Shown here one piece after another: positions 45,162 through 45,398 of a stretch of DNA of 45,398 nucleotides. Under the pieces are notes generated by a model. That model was not told where the DNA came from. It did not search any database and worked only from the letters and a program-made list of their open reading frames with translations. The position numbers and the translations under genes were made by a program. The stretch comes from a virus. Its lineage: Duplodnaviria > Caudoviricetes. The stretch lies in IMG/VR virus record IMGVR_UViG_3300044266_000189, positions 1 to 45,398 of that record, one strand, 5' to 3'. Each line of letters starts with the position of its first letter. Positions within the stretch are counted from its first letter, which is position 1.

Positions 45162-45398
45162 TTGTTAATATTTCTGAAGGTGTGTTCGGTGGTCCACTAC
45201 GCAATGGTGATTTGATTGGTGTGGCCAATGTTATTGCACATCTGAGAAAACAAACACCAGAAATTAAGTTTCACATGAAACAGGGTTCAGTAAATTCTGC
45301 TGAGTATGTACAACAGTTCTACCAATTTATGTTAGAAAAAACTGATTACTTCTCCAAAGAACCAGGTTTACAAGAGTTAGCATGGCGCAGAGTTAATC
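45158..45398 (+). CDS. Partial GT9-like protein (runs off window)
   Basis: GTG start overlapping previous stop; LRNGDLIG motif; open to window end. Confidence 0.5.
   Translation, partial: MIVNISEGVFGGPLRNGDLIGVANVIAHLRKQTPEIKFHMKQGSVNSAEYVQQFYQFMLEKTDYFSKEPGLQELAWRRVN

Noticed and set aside
1-45398. Stop-codon reassignment
   Set aside because: Core genes are full length in the standard code; TAA, TGA and TAG all terminate genes; no suppressor anticodon among the tRNAs.

Overview
A ~45 kb AT-rich segment of a T4-like (T4-supergroup) myovirus genome, probably infecting an aquatic Gram-negative host. It runs: end of terminase gp17, then gp18-gp19-gp20-gp67/68-gp21-gp22-gp23, a GIY-YIG-type endonuclease, gp3, uvsY/uvsW, gp55, gp47/46 and peptide deformylase. 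Next come accessory genes, gp45-gp44-gp62-regA (interrupted by two insertions), hsp20, GNAT/AdoMetDC/DnaJ genes, a tRNA/ncRNA island (28.4-30.45 kb), rubrerythrin/rubredoxin, gp43, uvsX, gp41 and a glycosyltransferase cluster. The most striking signal is in the tRNA island. A consensus sigma70 promoter starts a probably leaderless 25-codon peptide ORF that is interleaved with mutually exclusive 1:2, 2:3 and 3:4 (terminator) hairpins directly upstream of the tRNA array. This is the architecture of a ribosome-mediated attenuator, and its codons include matches to all seven downstream tRNA specificities. The island also holds a non-canonical tRNA-Gly-like RNA, three structured RNAs closed by 15-23 bp stems and a pseudoknot RNA. 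Two DUF4338-like paralogs, a ROSE-like hsp20 leader and an antisense promoter upstream of gp55 also merit checking. All calls are from reading the sequence and recalled family motifs; no searches or folding programs were run.
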